This document shows positions 11,826 to 23,975 of a stretch of DNA of 40,437 nt, one piece after another. Within the stretch, counting starts at the first letter, position 1, and every line of letters starts with the position of its first letter. Both the position numbers and the translations under genes were made by a program. The DNA comes from Octopus bimaculoides (lineage: Eukaryota), in assembly GCF_001194135.2 (NCBI RefSeq), contig NC_068990.1, positions 20,846,002-20,886,438 on the forward strand, in the 5' to 3' direction. The notes under the pieces are model-generated. The model was not told the DNA's origin. It did not search any database and saw nothing but the letters and a program-made list of their open reading frames with translations.

Positions 11826-12215
11826 CTGACATTGAAACTTTATACACTCTGGTGCCCGTCTATTTCAAACGACAAGGAAAAGTTCCATCCCTGCTCAGTG
11901 ACTGAGGTTTCCTCTTAAGGACGAAATCACGAGCTGACTAAAAATCTCTTGGGTTTCAAAGACGCAAAAATCCTTATTTTAGCCTCACTGTCGTTCTCTA
12001 CAAGAGTACTAGGAAGTACGCTTACAAGCATTGAGCTGCAAAACTCGTGCTCATAGTATCGATTCGAACATCAAATCGTCTACGGGGCTCCCCACCCGTA
12101 CTAGTTTAACCTTTATACGCTAGTATTGTCGTCAACCATGAATATACACTAGGTACTCTCATACTCAGCTGATCGAAGATCTTGTAAGAACCTGATTGAG
12201 GAATGGGTTTGGCGG

Positions 12216-12276
12216 GTAGTAGATAGGGTGATGTGGGTTACTACATTTGGGTAACTTATGTCACCTTATCCACTAC
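12216..12276 (+). ncRNA. Candidate pre-miRNA-like hairpin (26-bp stem, 9-nt loop)
   Basis: GTAGTAGATAGGGTGATGTGGGTTAC / GTAACTTATGTCACCTTATCCACTAC pair at 25 of 26 positions on + (20 Watson-Crick, 5 G-U, 1 A-C). Confidence 0.35.
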
Positions 12277-12784
12277 ACTAAAAGTAACCACATCTCACAA
12301 ACTGCTGTTGCAGGAAACAAAGTATCAAGTTATAAAGTTCTCATTAGACAGGAAACTTAATGAAAATCTTCACAAAAGTGTCGACTAGATTAAAGGCACC
12401 ATGAGTAACGTATTTTTTTCTAACCGTAAAGCACTGAATGGTTAGAATAATTAATTTGGTCTCTCTCAGTGCAGTTCTGAAATCCTAAATTAGTCGATAA
12501 TTTAAGTAATAGTAAAATATGAAGATGACACAAACAGCTCCAAATCAACCTTCTAACAATTAGTTATGTTGTCCACAATCAAATCTATATTATTTTAATA
12601 ATTTTATTATTTTATAGTAAATTTTCAAATGATATATGCTTATGACAAAAATCGTTTGTTTGAAATCACGTGTGCTGCAATAAATTTAGCACATAATTTT
12701 ACATAGGAGGCATTCACCAATTACAAATATATTCTCCGCTATTCATTAAGCCATTTTAATTAAAGAGTATAAAGAAACCAGCAC

Positions 12785-12821
<37 letters not shown>

Positions 12822-13440
12822 CACCATCATCATCATCCTCATCATCATTATATCTTCATCATTCACAATTATCACGATTATCACAATTATCATTATATTA
12901 TTATACACCTCAAAAGACTGGAATTTCGTAAAGAGCCAAATGTAAAAATAACAAAGAATTAATTTATTCGTAAATTGTTATTCGACATAAAGTAAATTAA
13001 ATGAGATGCAACGTTTATGATCCATTAGTGAAAACTATAATAAACATTATTGATATCAATGATTGGATAGGAAAATCAATTCAGAGCTTTTTTGAATCGG
13101 AAATGATGCGAAGTAATACAAATCTTGTTTGCCTTTCTCTCTGTCTTTGTCTATAATTTAATATTTCTTCTCATGTTTATCTAATATGAATAAACATACA
13201 AATTTGACATGTTTCAATCATTAGTTATGTTGCTATGTCTGTGTGTAAATACATATGAGCAATTATATATGCATATATGTGTACGTGTATACATACATAC
13301 ATACATACATACATAGATGCATACATACATACATACATGTATATATATATATATACATATACTCATGCGTCTATCTAATGATCTATGAATCTGTATCTCT
13401 CCTACTCTCTACCTCTCTTTCCAATCTATTNNNNNNNNNN

Positions 13441-13519
<79 letters not shown>

Positions 13520-14702
13520 TCATATATATACATATAATCATATATATTCATTTTCTTTTGTATAAAAAAAGAGAAAAGTACTCAATACTAGTTGTAGAGT
13601 ATAATTATTTAATTTAAATGTATATGTATATATTTATACTCATTTCTATTAGTGCAGGCAGTATAAGTACGTGATTAAAAATTTCGTTCCACAACCTCAT
13701 TGTACAAGGTTCTATTCCAGAGTACAAATTTTTTACTAATGTGCTCCTCAGTTACAGCATCCGGTTAACTAATCTTGATAGCAACGTTGCAGAAAGGAAG
13801 CAAAAATGACAGCATATAGTTCTGTTATTGGGATGTCAAATAAATTCGTTCGCTTATTTCCAATGTTGTTTCAGTTGACAGCATCACAAAATGTGATTTG
13901 CTACTAATTCCATCGTCAGAAGAGGAAATGCATATCGCAATAGCGAAAAACAAAAGAATTTTGTAATGGAGAGAGAATTGGTTGTTTTACACACGTCTTT
14001 CGAGGAATTTCTTTCCATAGTTTGTTACTCTACATACACACACACACATACACACTCATATATACAAAGTGTTTGTGTTCTGCTTATCCACCCATTTGCT
14101 GCGGTAGATCGTCCAGGGAAAACTGGTTACACGTTGCCGAGTGCTAAAAAAGACAATATGCCACAGATCATCTCGAGGCAAGGTCTCTCGCCTGGTCCTG
14201 AACATTCAGTGCTCTTTAAAACTCAAGGCCGTATAGGTGAACCTTCCCAGGACGCTATCCTGCAGTAAATGAGTGTTTGAACATGACACATACACTGCGT
14301 TTGTTCGACTGAGAGTATATATCTATATAACTCTCTTCAATACATTATATAAATACGGTATACTTTGATATGATTCCTTAAGTCTGCCTGACTTCAGACT
14401 GTCTGTTCATACTTTGCTCTATCATACATATATGTGAGTATACGTGTGTTTGTTTGTGTATGTGCGTGTTTGTGTGCGTGCCTGTCTATGTGCGTATTGC
14501 GCAGTGTAAATTTGCTTTGGTAACGAAGAGAAGTAAACGAAGAAGGAAATGAATCTAACAGTAAATTCCTAAACCATCAATATAACGAACTCTTATATCT
14601 TTGGTTGGCGATATATATATGTATGTATTTTTGCTAAACCACGAATCTATGGTTGTATTTTGTTATTCTCTTATTAACACAGTGAAGAGCAAATTTTCTC
14701 AG

Positions 14703-14872
14703 TAAAGTCGCGTATCTGAACAACTCAGTGTATCTTACTCAGGATCATAACATTGATGGTTTGACTCTCGGGTCGTATGATGTGGTGTGTCCCACTTGCT
14801 CGCCGTTTGAACTGTCGACTAATGGCTTAGCTACTCGCATAGTTGGACAACTACAGCCAATTCTATCCGGAT
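14703..14872 (+). CDS. Weak candidate exon (KVAYLNNSVYLTQDHNIDGLTLGSYDVVCPTCSPFELSTNGLATRIVGQLQPILSG)
   Basis: ttttctcAG acceptor and stop-free frame; donor GTGATT is weak; no recognisable homology. Confidence 0.15.
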
Positions 14873-15352
14873 GTGATTAACCTTAATAAGGGCAGAAGAT
14901 AATTTGACTGCCATATTAAAAAAAAATGTACCTCACACCTTCAGTTCCTGATGATATACCTCTTGAGGTACTACCCCGTGTATCTGGCATAAACACTCTT
15001 ATAGGCATCAAACACCACTCCTCTTTTACCTCTGAGTGTTGTCATTGCATTATAACCTCACTGTATAAATACCTCGAAATGGCTCCGAAAGATAGATTTG
15101 AAATCCAGTTCTATGGTCAGTAGCTATCGGGAATGAAGTGTACGGTCCGCTCCGGATAAAGCCAGCTTATTGGATACTCATGTATTGGGAAACCTGGAAA
15201 CCTTAATGTTAAGAGTTGTAGACAATATTCAAGGCTATTTTCTTCTGCAAACCTGTCTTCTAAAACCCTCTATATTCCTTTATAAAATCAAGAACAATCT
15301 GTTTTAATATATCAGTGAACGCTATTCAACATCAATTACTTTAAAATTATAA

Positions 15353-15828
15353 TTTTTATAATATTCGTTTCTACTCTGGGCAGAAAGACCGAAATTTTTT
15401 GGGGGAAGGGGATCACTCGATTAGATCGACCCCAGTACGCAACTGGTACTTAATCTATCGACCCCGAAGGATAAAACGCAAAGTCGACTTCGGCAGAATT
15501 TGAACTCAGAATGTAAAGACAGACGAAATACTGCTAAACATTTCGCCCGGCATGCTAACGTTTCTGCCAGCTTGCTGCCTTTTACTTTTTATAATATTCT
15601 TTTCTCTTCTAGGCACAAGGCCCGAAAATTTTGGAAAAGGGACCAGTCGATTAGATCGACCCCAGTACGCAACTTGTAGTTAATTTATTGACCCCGAAGG
15701 ATAAAAGGAAAAGTCGATCTCGGCGTAATTTGAACTCAGAACATAAAGGTAGTCGAAATACTGCAAAGCATTTCTCCCGGCGTCCTAACGTTTCAGCCAG
15801 TTCACCGCCTTTTAGTTTTTATAATATT
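15353..15828 (-). mobile_element. Head-to-tail dimer of SINE family B bounded by three 13-bp direct repeats
   Basis: Two ~220-bp copies; TTTTTATAATATT at 15353, 15586 and 15816. Confidence 0.9.
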
Positions 15829-16714
15829 AATATCTCAAAATGTCCTCTTGGTATAGTTTTTAATCCCAACAACTACATTTTTATTTCGTGTTTCAAAAAT
15901 GTAAGCCTTTTCTATGAACATATCACACCCATAGAGTCTTTTCCTTTATCTTCGACGCGGTATTCTTTCAATTTCTTTTAATAATAACAAAAGTGTGCGC
16001 TTTTCTTAAATAGTATTGATTTTTAACATTTCCAACATTATTCTCTTGTATTGATTTCCAACATCTTGTCTGATATAATTGATAACGAATATCGTTCAAA
16101 TAAATAATTTTTTTCTTCAATTGCAACCGTTTTATTATTTTTTTTGTCTTGTTTTGTTTTTAGTGTAGCAATAAATAACTGACTGAATTTAAACAGAAAC
16201 TACGTGCATGTTTGAACGCGGACATCTCTTGCAGTTGTATGGCTGGAGGGCGTTACGTGCGAACGACCAATACGAAGAACAATAGAGATTTCTATCTAAC
16301 AATGAACAAGATAAAGAAACGTGGTTTACAAATGAAAAGAAGGAAAATGATAAAACATAAAGAAGACAAAGAAATGAACGTGGGTATTAAAGAAGTTTGC
16401 AGACTAGAATTCTTTTTTTGCCTGGGATAGCATTTTGCATTCGATTGCATTTGATTTTTTTTCTTTACTTTATCCAAACAAAAGAACTATCAAACGTTAG
16501 CTTTACTTTCTAATCGAAATATTTGTGAAAAAGAAACAAACAAAATTATTATAATAATAAATAAAAGAAATCTTTGAATCGTAGTGGAATATCTGCGTCA
16601 GAGATCAGAGCCCTCACTCCTTTCAATATCTCTTTCCATTCAATGTAATTGTATTCCATTATTTCTGTAAATCTTAAATCTTTCTTTTCCGCACTGTCTA
16701 CATGTCTAACTCCC

Positions 16715-16735
16715 TAACTACTGCGGCTGCCACTG

Positions 16736-16770
<35 letters not shown>

Positions 16771-16915
16771 GCCAACACCACCACTACAACAAACATTAGT
16801 ACTACAAATACTATCCACACTACCATCAGCACCATCACCATCACCATCACCACCACTACTACTACTACTGCTGCTGCTGTTGTCCGTGCCACTGCTGCTG
16901 CTGTTGTTGTTGCCG

Positions 16916-16962
<47 letters not shown>

Positions 16963-17000
16963 GCTACTGCTGCTGCTGCTGCTGCTGCTACTACTACTAC
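16715..17000. repeat. Compound trinucleotide repeat (ACT/GCT/ACC/GTT)n
   Basis: Read directly; gives spurious poly-Thr/Ala and poly-Val ORFs. Confidence 0.95.
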
Positions 17001-17290
17001 TTCATTGAACGTTAGCTTATGTTGAAGCGAGGGCAGCTGCTGCAACTGTAGCTCTAACTGCATCTAACAATATTGCGATGGGAAAACAGGCGATACACGA
17101 AAACAAAAGGTAACAAGAGACAAACTGGACAAATATAAAAAAAAAAATACACTAAAGAGAATAAATTCAACATTACAAATGTCGTTAGCAATGGCGTCTA
17201 TTCTATGGATATGACGTTGATATTTGCAAGATACCTAAATATGCAGTTAAATCAAGCATTTCACAAACTTGGTTTCACATTTTCGATTCA

Positions 17291-18037
17291 AATATTAGCA
17301 CAAGGCCAGAAATTCTGGAGGAGGACTTTAGTCGGCTACATCGACTCCCATTGTTCAACTGGTATTTATTTTATCGATCTCGAAACGGATAAAAGTCAAA
17401 GCCTTCCGCGGTGGAATCCAGACTCAGAACGTAAAGACGGAAGAAACATCGCTCAGCATTTTTCCAGGTGTGCTAACAATTCTGCTAGCTCACCGCCTTA
17501 GTATTAGTTTCAAATTTTGGCACGATGCCTGCAAGTTCAAGGATATGTCGATTACATTGACTCGTGTTCAACTGGTAATTGTCTTATCTAGTTCGACAGG
17601 ATGAAAGGCAAAGTCGACTATGGCGGCATCTAAACTCAGAATGCACACACGGACGAAATACATCAACCCCAGTGCGTAACTGGTGCTTAATTTATCGACC
17701 ACGAAAAGATGAAAGGCAAAGTCGACCTCGGCGTAATTTGAACTTAGAACGTAACGGCAGACGAAATACCGCTAAGCATTTCACACGGCATGCTAACGTT
17801 TTTTTATTTCTTTACTGCTCCCAAGGGGCTACACACAGAGGGGACAAACAAGGACAAGCAAAGGGATTAAGTCGATTACATCGACCCCAGAGCGTAACTG
17901 GTACTTAAATTATCGACCCCGAAAGAATGAAAGGCAAAATCGACCTCGACGGAATTGGAACTGAGAGCGTAACAGCAGACGAAATAGCGCTAAGCATTTC
18001 GCCCGGCGTGCTAGCTTTTCTGCCAGCTCACCGCTTT
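17291..18037 (-). mobile_element. Cluster of four co-oriented SINE family B copies
   Basis: Units at about 17291-17500, 17501-17660, 17661-17798 and 17799-18037 share the gatgaaaggcaaagtcgac...aactcagaacg core (diverged in the first). Confidence 0.85.
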
Positions 18038-18249
18038 GATGGAGGAGAAAAATCAAAGAAATAATGAAAAGCAGTAAAACCCAGATTGGACGTGGCTTAG
18101 GAAAGACCGCCCACATAGGTGTATTATTTTCGCTCTATTAAAACATTACCCTGCAAGATGAAACGCATTTTGATATCTACATTGACGCTGCATTTTGTTA
18201 GGTTTCTCCAACAAATGTCTTTACGTATTACATTTATGTATAGCTATGA

Positions 18250-18545
18250 AAGACGCGTGACTAAGTGGTTTGTGTCATCGGCTAAAGGGTATGAGTTCGA
18301 TATTCGGCGGCGCGTTGTATTTCTTTAGCAAGACACTTTATTTTCATGTCGTTCCAGTCTATTACGTGCATTTCAAAGGGCCAGCATTTTCCCGTTCAGT
18401 GTCACGTTGAATCTCCCTGAGAAGTATGTTAAGGGTACTCGTGTTTGTGTAGCGTTCAGCCACTTGCACATTAATTTCGAGAGTAGGCTGTTCCGTTAAT
18501 CGGTTCAAGCGGTTCCCCCGTCATCGTAATCGACGGAGCGTCAGC
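18250..18545 (+). mobile_element. SINE family C, decayed
   Basis: tRNA-like head (gactaagtgg...gagttcgat) and body ttcaaagggccagc...cagccacttgcac...gctgttccgtt, reverse-similar to 28426-28809. Confidence 0.8.
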
Positions 18546-18574
18546 AATGTGTACCTAAATCGTAATGTGAAGAT

Positions 18575-18745
18575 GATGAGCTGGCGGAATGGTTAGCACG
18601 TGGGACAAAAGGCTTTGCCGAATTATTTTGTCTCCCATCCCTTCGGGGACGGCAAAATAAAATATCACTTAAAGAATGGGGTCAATGTAATCGTCTTGTC
18701 CCCGCCCCTCGAAATTTCTGGCCTTGGACCTTGCAATTGAATAAG
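18575..18745 (+). mobile_element. SINE family B, internally deleted
   Basis: gagctggcggaatggttagcacg head, catcccttcgggg, ggggtcaatgtaatcg, gaaatttctggcctt tail. Confidence 0.7.
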
Positions 18746-19149
18746 GAGAGTGTTAAGGTTTCGATCACTTATACATTATAGAAACCGGGTATCCAGCACT
18801 ATGAGCCTTAGGACCCAAGAAAATAAAAACAAATTCTACAAGCATTGAACTGGGAATATTTTGCTTCTAAGCTAATTGTAAAAATGAAATCTTTATCTTT
18901 ATTTCCTTGATGGAAGTATACACAGTAATAAGTATATATCTATCAATCAATAAGACAAATTATGACCATTAGTGATGTAATCAATTGGAACACAGGGCAG
19001 GTATAAACATTAGAAATTCCTCTCTATAAATGAGGTTAACAGTCCAAAATATAATAATCGAAGCAACGTTAATTTATTTCAGGTCAGAATTTTAGATATT
19101 TTGTTATTCAAATATGTTAGTCAAGCAAAAAAAAAAAGAAAACAGCCCA

Positions 19150-19640
19150 TCATTTCCCATACCATAAACCAGTGCAACATTTAACATAGTGGAATGGACA
19201 CCGCGGTGATCGAGAAGCAAAAGAGAGAAACATCTTTGATCGAAGCTCAAGATCAAAGCCTCCCTACTAGTTACTATCATAAATATGTAACGAAGGAAAA
19301 CGAAGAGCAACTGCAGTACTTTTGTGAAGTATGTGAAGAAATAATCAGTCGCATTGTGTTTGGCTGCCTAGTTTAGACAAAATCGTGTTTGTATGTAAAT
19401 TTCACATAGGCAGAGGTTTCATATACTGAGATATATGCCAGTATTATACAATACTAGCTGGAAAGAAAGGTTACAAACACAAAGTATGAAATGTTTCAGA
19501 GAATGAAAAAGGGAAGGTATTTTAGGAGATATTGAATGATACATAAAGGAAGATTAAGCTAAATTGTCCAGATATTATTGAAGGAAAGAAACGTTTCCTA
19601 ATTCATAACAATCCTATCAACCAACATCTATATACCTCCC
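19150..19640 (+). mobile_element. R4/Dong-type RLE LINE 3' fragment, pseudogenised
   Basis: ETSLIEAQDQSLPTSYY and CEVCEEIISRIVFGC (decayed CCHC knuckle), then PDIIEGKKRFLI (decayed PD..D/ExK region). Confidence 0.75.
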
Positions 19641-20297
19641 AACGAAGCGGAAAAACAGAAAAAATAGCCAATTAGAAAAAGCGGGGGAAAATGTTGATAG
19701 CATAGGGGCTGAAAATAGAAACAAGCTTTATGATCATATATGCCTTAGGAATGATAAAACGAAACGGATACAAACATATATATAGAAACAAAATGCCAGG
19801 ACTTGAACAGTTATACAGCATTGAGAAAATAGCATTATGTTGGACCATTTCAATACAATGGAAAAAATCATACACACACACACACTCACGTACTGAGAAT
19901 AAGCGCAGTAGAATAACATCTACAGAAATAATACAACAACAATAATTATAATGATGTTGTGCAGCAAGGGAATTCATCAGATAAAATGGAGTCATTATGA
20001 TCAAAAGATAAATTTGTAATGAAATGGTAAATTCATTTCCTTCAGTAGACGAGAAACACCGCTCTCAGCGCACTTTTTTTTATCCCCTGCACACTGCAAT
20101 AATATATATATCAAATACTGTTTACTTATATTACATCGTTGGATTATTTATTTCAAATTGAGTTGACTTTTAAGAAACAGAAAGATACACAATAATGGAA
20201 TATGAAAGGGAAATAAAATGGAGGAGAAGTAAGTAAATCTAAAAATCTAACAGACCGATTCTCGTCTTCTACGATCTATGTGTGTGCTTTTATGCAG

Positions 20298-20367
20298 CAA
20301 GCGCTTATTGGAGAAGATCTCTCGAGGCTAATAATGCAGTATTTGGTGTTGTAGCAAGTTATCCCTG
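20298..20367 (+). CDS. Candidate internal exon, 70 nt (SAYWRRSLEANNAVFGVVASYP); product unknown
   Basis: gtgtgcttttatgcAG acceptor, CTG|GTAAGT perfect donor, exactly one open frame. Confidence 0.35.
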
Positions 20368-20720
20368 GTAAGTTGTATAGAAAGGTTACCTTAATCTAAA
20401 AAGTTAAATGTACTATGATATGCTTTTTCCAGACATAGGTGAATAATATTTCCTTAAATTCTCTAAACTTATAATTGGTATGATAATAATGATGATGTCA
20501 TAACAGCGGAAGACACTGTAAGTTAGACTGAAAGAAGTAATAAGGAAGTGAATCGAAGATTGACGTTTTTGACAGGAATTATGAGAGATTAGGTGTGGGT
20601 TTAGAAATGCCAACCTTTGCATAGAAATTTCTCTGAATCAAAATTTTTAAAAGTTTATTTTTAATTTAGATAAACCCAAAAGCTTTAGAGATTTGGTCTC
20701 TCACTCTCTCTCCCTGTCTG

Positions 20721-20769
<49 letters not shown>

Positions 20770-21060
20770 ACATAAACACATACACACATGTGTGTATGAA
20801 CGTGAGTATGTTTTAAAAACACTAGAATAAAAATGATGCTTAAGTTCAAGATTTCTGAGTGCCGTAGGCTATAAATCTTTTGGAGTCCCAGCTTTGATTC
20901 AAACAGCTGCAACCCTTCACCCGTAATTTACAATGGTGACAGAGTATTCTTGTCATACCTGAAGAAACAATTGTAGCTGCCATGACAATAGATGCTGTTG
21001 CGAAAAAATACATAACAAACAACTTAAAGGAGTCTAACAAGTAAAAAGGCAACAACCAAA

Positions 21061-21155
21061 NNNNNNNNNNNNNNNNNNNNNNNNNNNNNNNNNNNNNNNN
21101 NNNNNNNNNNNNNNNNNNNNNNNNNNNNNNNNNNNNNNNNNNNNNNNNNNNNNNN
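21061..21155. other. Assembly gap
   Basis: N bases. Confidence 1.
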
Positions 21156-22930
21156 GTTCATGGGTTGGAATTTGGTGGACAAAAAACTGTTTAAGTGCTT
21201 GCATTGATACAGGTGTTATAGGCATTCTTGGAGACACATCTTACGATCTGTTTGCAGTAGTACCATACATACATAATACATACATACATACACACATATA
21301 CACACACATACATACATACATACATACATAATACACACACACACACACACATATATACATACACACCTAAATACAAACATACACATGTATATATATATAT
21401 GCATACATACATACGAATAGATATACCTGTATACATACATACATACATACATACATACATACATGCAAGCAAAAATACCCTGTTGTTGATGTTGAAATTC
21501 CAATGATGGAGCCTTGGATCTAGGTTAGAAACTGGTTCTTTCTCTATAGGCAAGAAATCTTAAAATTAACTGAATCATGACATACAAGTGCCTCGGAATC
21601 GATGAGAATATTGCATACATTGGTGCTGTGACTAAAGGTGCAATAAAAAAGTGTGCTTTCTTAGACTCTGGAAAATATGGAACTCGGAGCTGTTTGCTTT
21701 TAACTAGATCATATCTCACAATACTTTTGCAGTACCAGTGCTAGTGCCAAAATGTGGGATATTTCACTGGTCCTCGATGAGATACGCAGCCTGGACATAA
21801 AATCAAGAAAGGTACTGATCACCCCCTTCCACATGAGCAGTGATACCGATAGGATTTATGTGAAACGAAGTGATGGCGGTAGAGGCATAAGAAAATCGAA
21901 CCAGACTTTGTATGCTGTATTGTATCACTCAAACAAATGTACCGAACAGAAATGAGTAAGTACATTCCATGCATACTCAAAAGTGAGAGCAACAACATAT
22001 TCAGAGCTGGAAAAGAACTAGTATGCAGGCACTTTGAGAATACAACTGTATCATGAGACGCAAATGAGTCTGGACTGGTCTACCTAAACAGAAGCTTGGA
22101 GGACAAGCAGGCATCATACCAACAAAAAGCAATGCATGGGTACATGACCTGTAAGCTAAAGCATAACAAGAGCATTGGCAGGAAGAGTAGCGTCTCCTGG
22201 ATCTGTGATAGATATATTGCATCCCACTTAGAAGCACATGTCTTCGCTATCCTGGAGCAAGAGATAGCTTGTAAATACCTGAGGAACAAGAGAGATAACT
22301 TTACCACCAAACCTCCATATTGTTATAAAAATTGTCGCCTCTGCTATACCGATGTGGAAGATATGACTCACATCATCAGCAGCTGTCCCAAAATGTCTAC
22401 GAGATATCATCTGGCCATGAGGCATGATCTAGTTGCAAAGACTTTTTACTTTGCTATCCGTAGGAAGGCCTGCCCTGGCGTATACATTGAAGCGTGACAG
22501 AACCAGCAGGTATTCACACCTTTAAAAACAAAGAATACTGGTGGAATACTTCAATTAAAACGTCTCTTCGTCGTTAACATGTGAGATTTGGTATTGTCCT
22601 GGAGGACAGGGAACAAAAGTCATTCACTGTTTTGAAGGTTAGCTGCCCAGCGGATATCAATATACAATCAAATGTCTAGGAAAAGGAGAATATTTGTGGC
22701 GAATTAATGCCAATTAACTTACAGATCTTATACCCTGATAATGAATTCTTGTTTTTACTCATCATCATAGGTGCATTAGGCTATGTACCCACAAATTTGC
22801 ACAAACAAATCTTGAAATACTGTCTTACGGAAAAAGAGCGAAAAAAACCCCAAAGAAATTGACGTGGATTCTCCAAATCCAATCTATTAGTGGCAAAATA
22901 AAGATTTGTAAGATTTTCCAAAATTTCTCC
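21156..22930 (+). mobile_element. R4/Dong-type RLE non-LTR retrotransposon, 3' ~1.8 kb, pseudogenised and split by a (CATA)n/(CA)n array at ~21265-21465
   Basis: In order: HGLEFG, YKCLG, DTDRIYVKRSDGGRG, AMHG, CRLCYTDVEDMTHIISSC (CCHC), RHDLVA, decayed RLE (RFGIVLEDREQKSFTVLKVSCP) and IIIGALG. Confidence 0.9.
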
Positions 22931-23049
22931 ATGTGAGATTCTGATGTGAATAGATGCACACACTTGGGAAGATACATCGACAGTCCAATCAACACCAACT
23001 CAACCACTTATTTACAAATACCCGGAACTCTCTTAAATCTCGCTTTGTT

Positions 23050-23250
23050 AATGACTCTTTTACTTGTTTCAGTCATTTGACTGCAGCCATGCTGGAGCAC
23101 CGCCTTTTAGTCGAGAAAATCGACCCCAGGTCTTATTCTTTGGAAGCCTAGTACTTATTCTATCGGTGTCTTTTGCCGAACCGTTAAGTTACGAGGACGT
23201 AAACACATCAGCATCAGTTGTCAAGCGATGTTGGGGGGACAAACACAGAC
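23050..23250 (-). mobile_element. SINE family A 3' half
   Basis: Tail GGCGGTGCTCCAGCATGGCTGCAGTCAAATGACTGAAAC on minus. Confidence 0.92.
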
Positions 23251-23293
23251 ACAAACATATACACACACATACATATATATAAATATATATATA

Positions 23294-23676
23294 NNNNNNN
23301 NNNNNNNNNNNNNNNNNNNNNNNNNNNNNNNNNNNNNNNNNNNNNNNNNNNNNNNNNNNNNNNNNNNNNNNNNNNNNNNNNNNNNNNNNNNNNNNNNNNN
23401 NNNNNNNNNNNNNNNNNNNNNNNNNNNNNNNNNNNNNNNNNNNNNNNNNNNNNNNNNNNNNNNNNNNNNNNNNNNNNNNNNNNNNNNNNNNNNNNNNNNN
23501 NNNNNNNNNNNNNNNNNNNNNNNNNNNNNNNNNNNNNNNNNNNNNNNNNNNNNNNNNNNNNNNNNNNNNNNNNNNNNNNNNNNNNNNNNNNNNNNNNNNN
23601 NNNNNNNNNNNNNNNNNNNNNNNNNNNNNNNNNNNNNNNNNNNNNNNNNNNNNNNNNNNNNNNNNNNNNNNNNNNN
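23294..23676. other. Assembly gap between two inverted SINE halves
   Basis: N bases flanked by (TA)n on both sides. Confidence 1.
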
Positions 23677-23725
<49 letters not shown>

Positions 23726-23779
23726 ATGTGTGTGTGTGTATGTGTGTGTCTGTCTGTCTGTCTGTATGTATGTTTGTGT

Positions 23780-23975
23780 GTCAGTGTTTGTCCCCCCCCC
23801 AACATCGCTTGACAACCGATGCTGATGTGTTTACGTCCCCGTAACCTAGCGCTTCGGCAAAAGGATCCGATAAAATAAATACTAGGCTTCTAAAGAATAA
23901 GTCCTGGGTGCGATTTGCTCGACTAAAGGCGGTGCTCCAGCATGGTCACAGTCACATGACTGAAACAGGTGAAAG
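23780..23975 (+). mobile_element. SINE family A 3' half
   Basis: ccccaacatcgcttgacaaccgatgctg...ggcggtgctccagcatggtcacagtcacatgactgaaac. Confidence 0.92.

Noticed and set aside
13826-13870. Mariner-TIR-like tattgggatgtcaaataaattcgttcg
   Set aside because: No partner TIR or transposase motif found.
13966-14268. 100-aa ORF with possible exon 14108-14264
   Set aside because: Weak splice sites, partial similarity to SINE fragments, and no recognisable protein.
16210-16250. Minus-strand 39-nt segment reading PYNCKRCPRS (zinc-finger-like)
   Set aside because: Too short, lacks the His pair spacing, and all three frames are open.
16698-17063. Poly-Thr/Ala mucin- or antifreeze-like ORF
   Set aside because: Pure trinucleotide repeat, open on both strands, no signal peptide or splice context.
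17291-18037. Regularly spaced repeats resembling a CRISPR-like array
   Set aside because: Units are ~140-240-bp tRNA-derived SINEs in a eukaryotic context, not repeat-spacer units.
18075-18115. ATTGG, ACGTGG and CCGCCC motifs suggesting a promoter
   Set aside because: Short motifs expected by chance; no adjacent TSS evidence.
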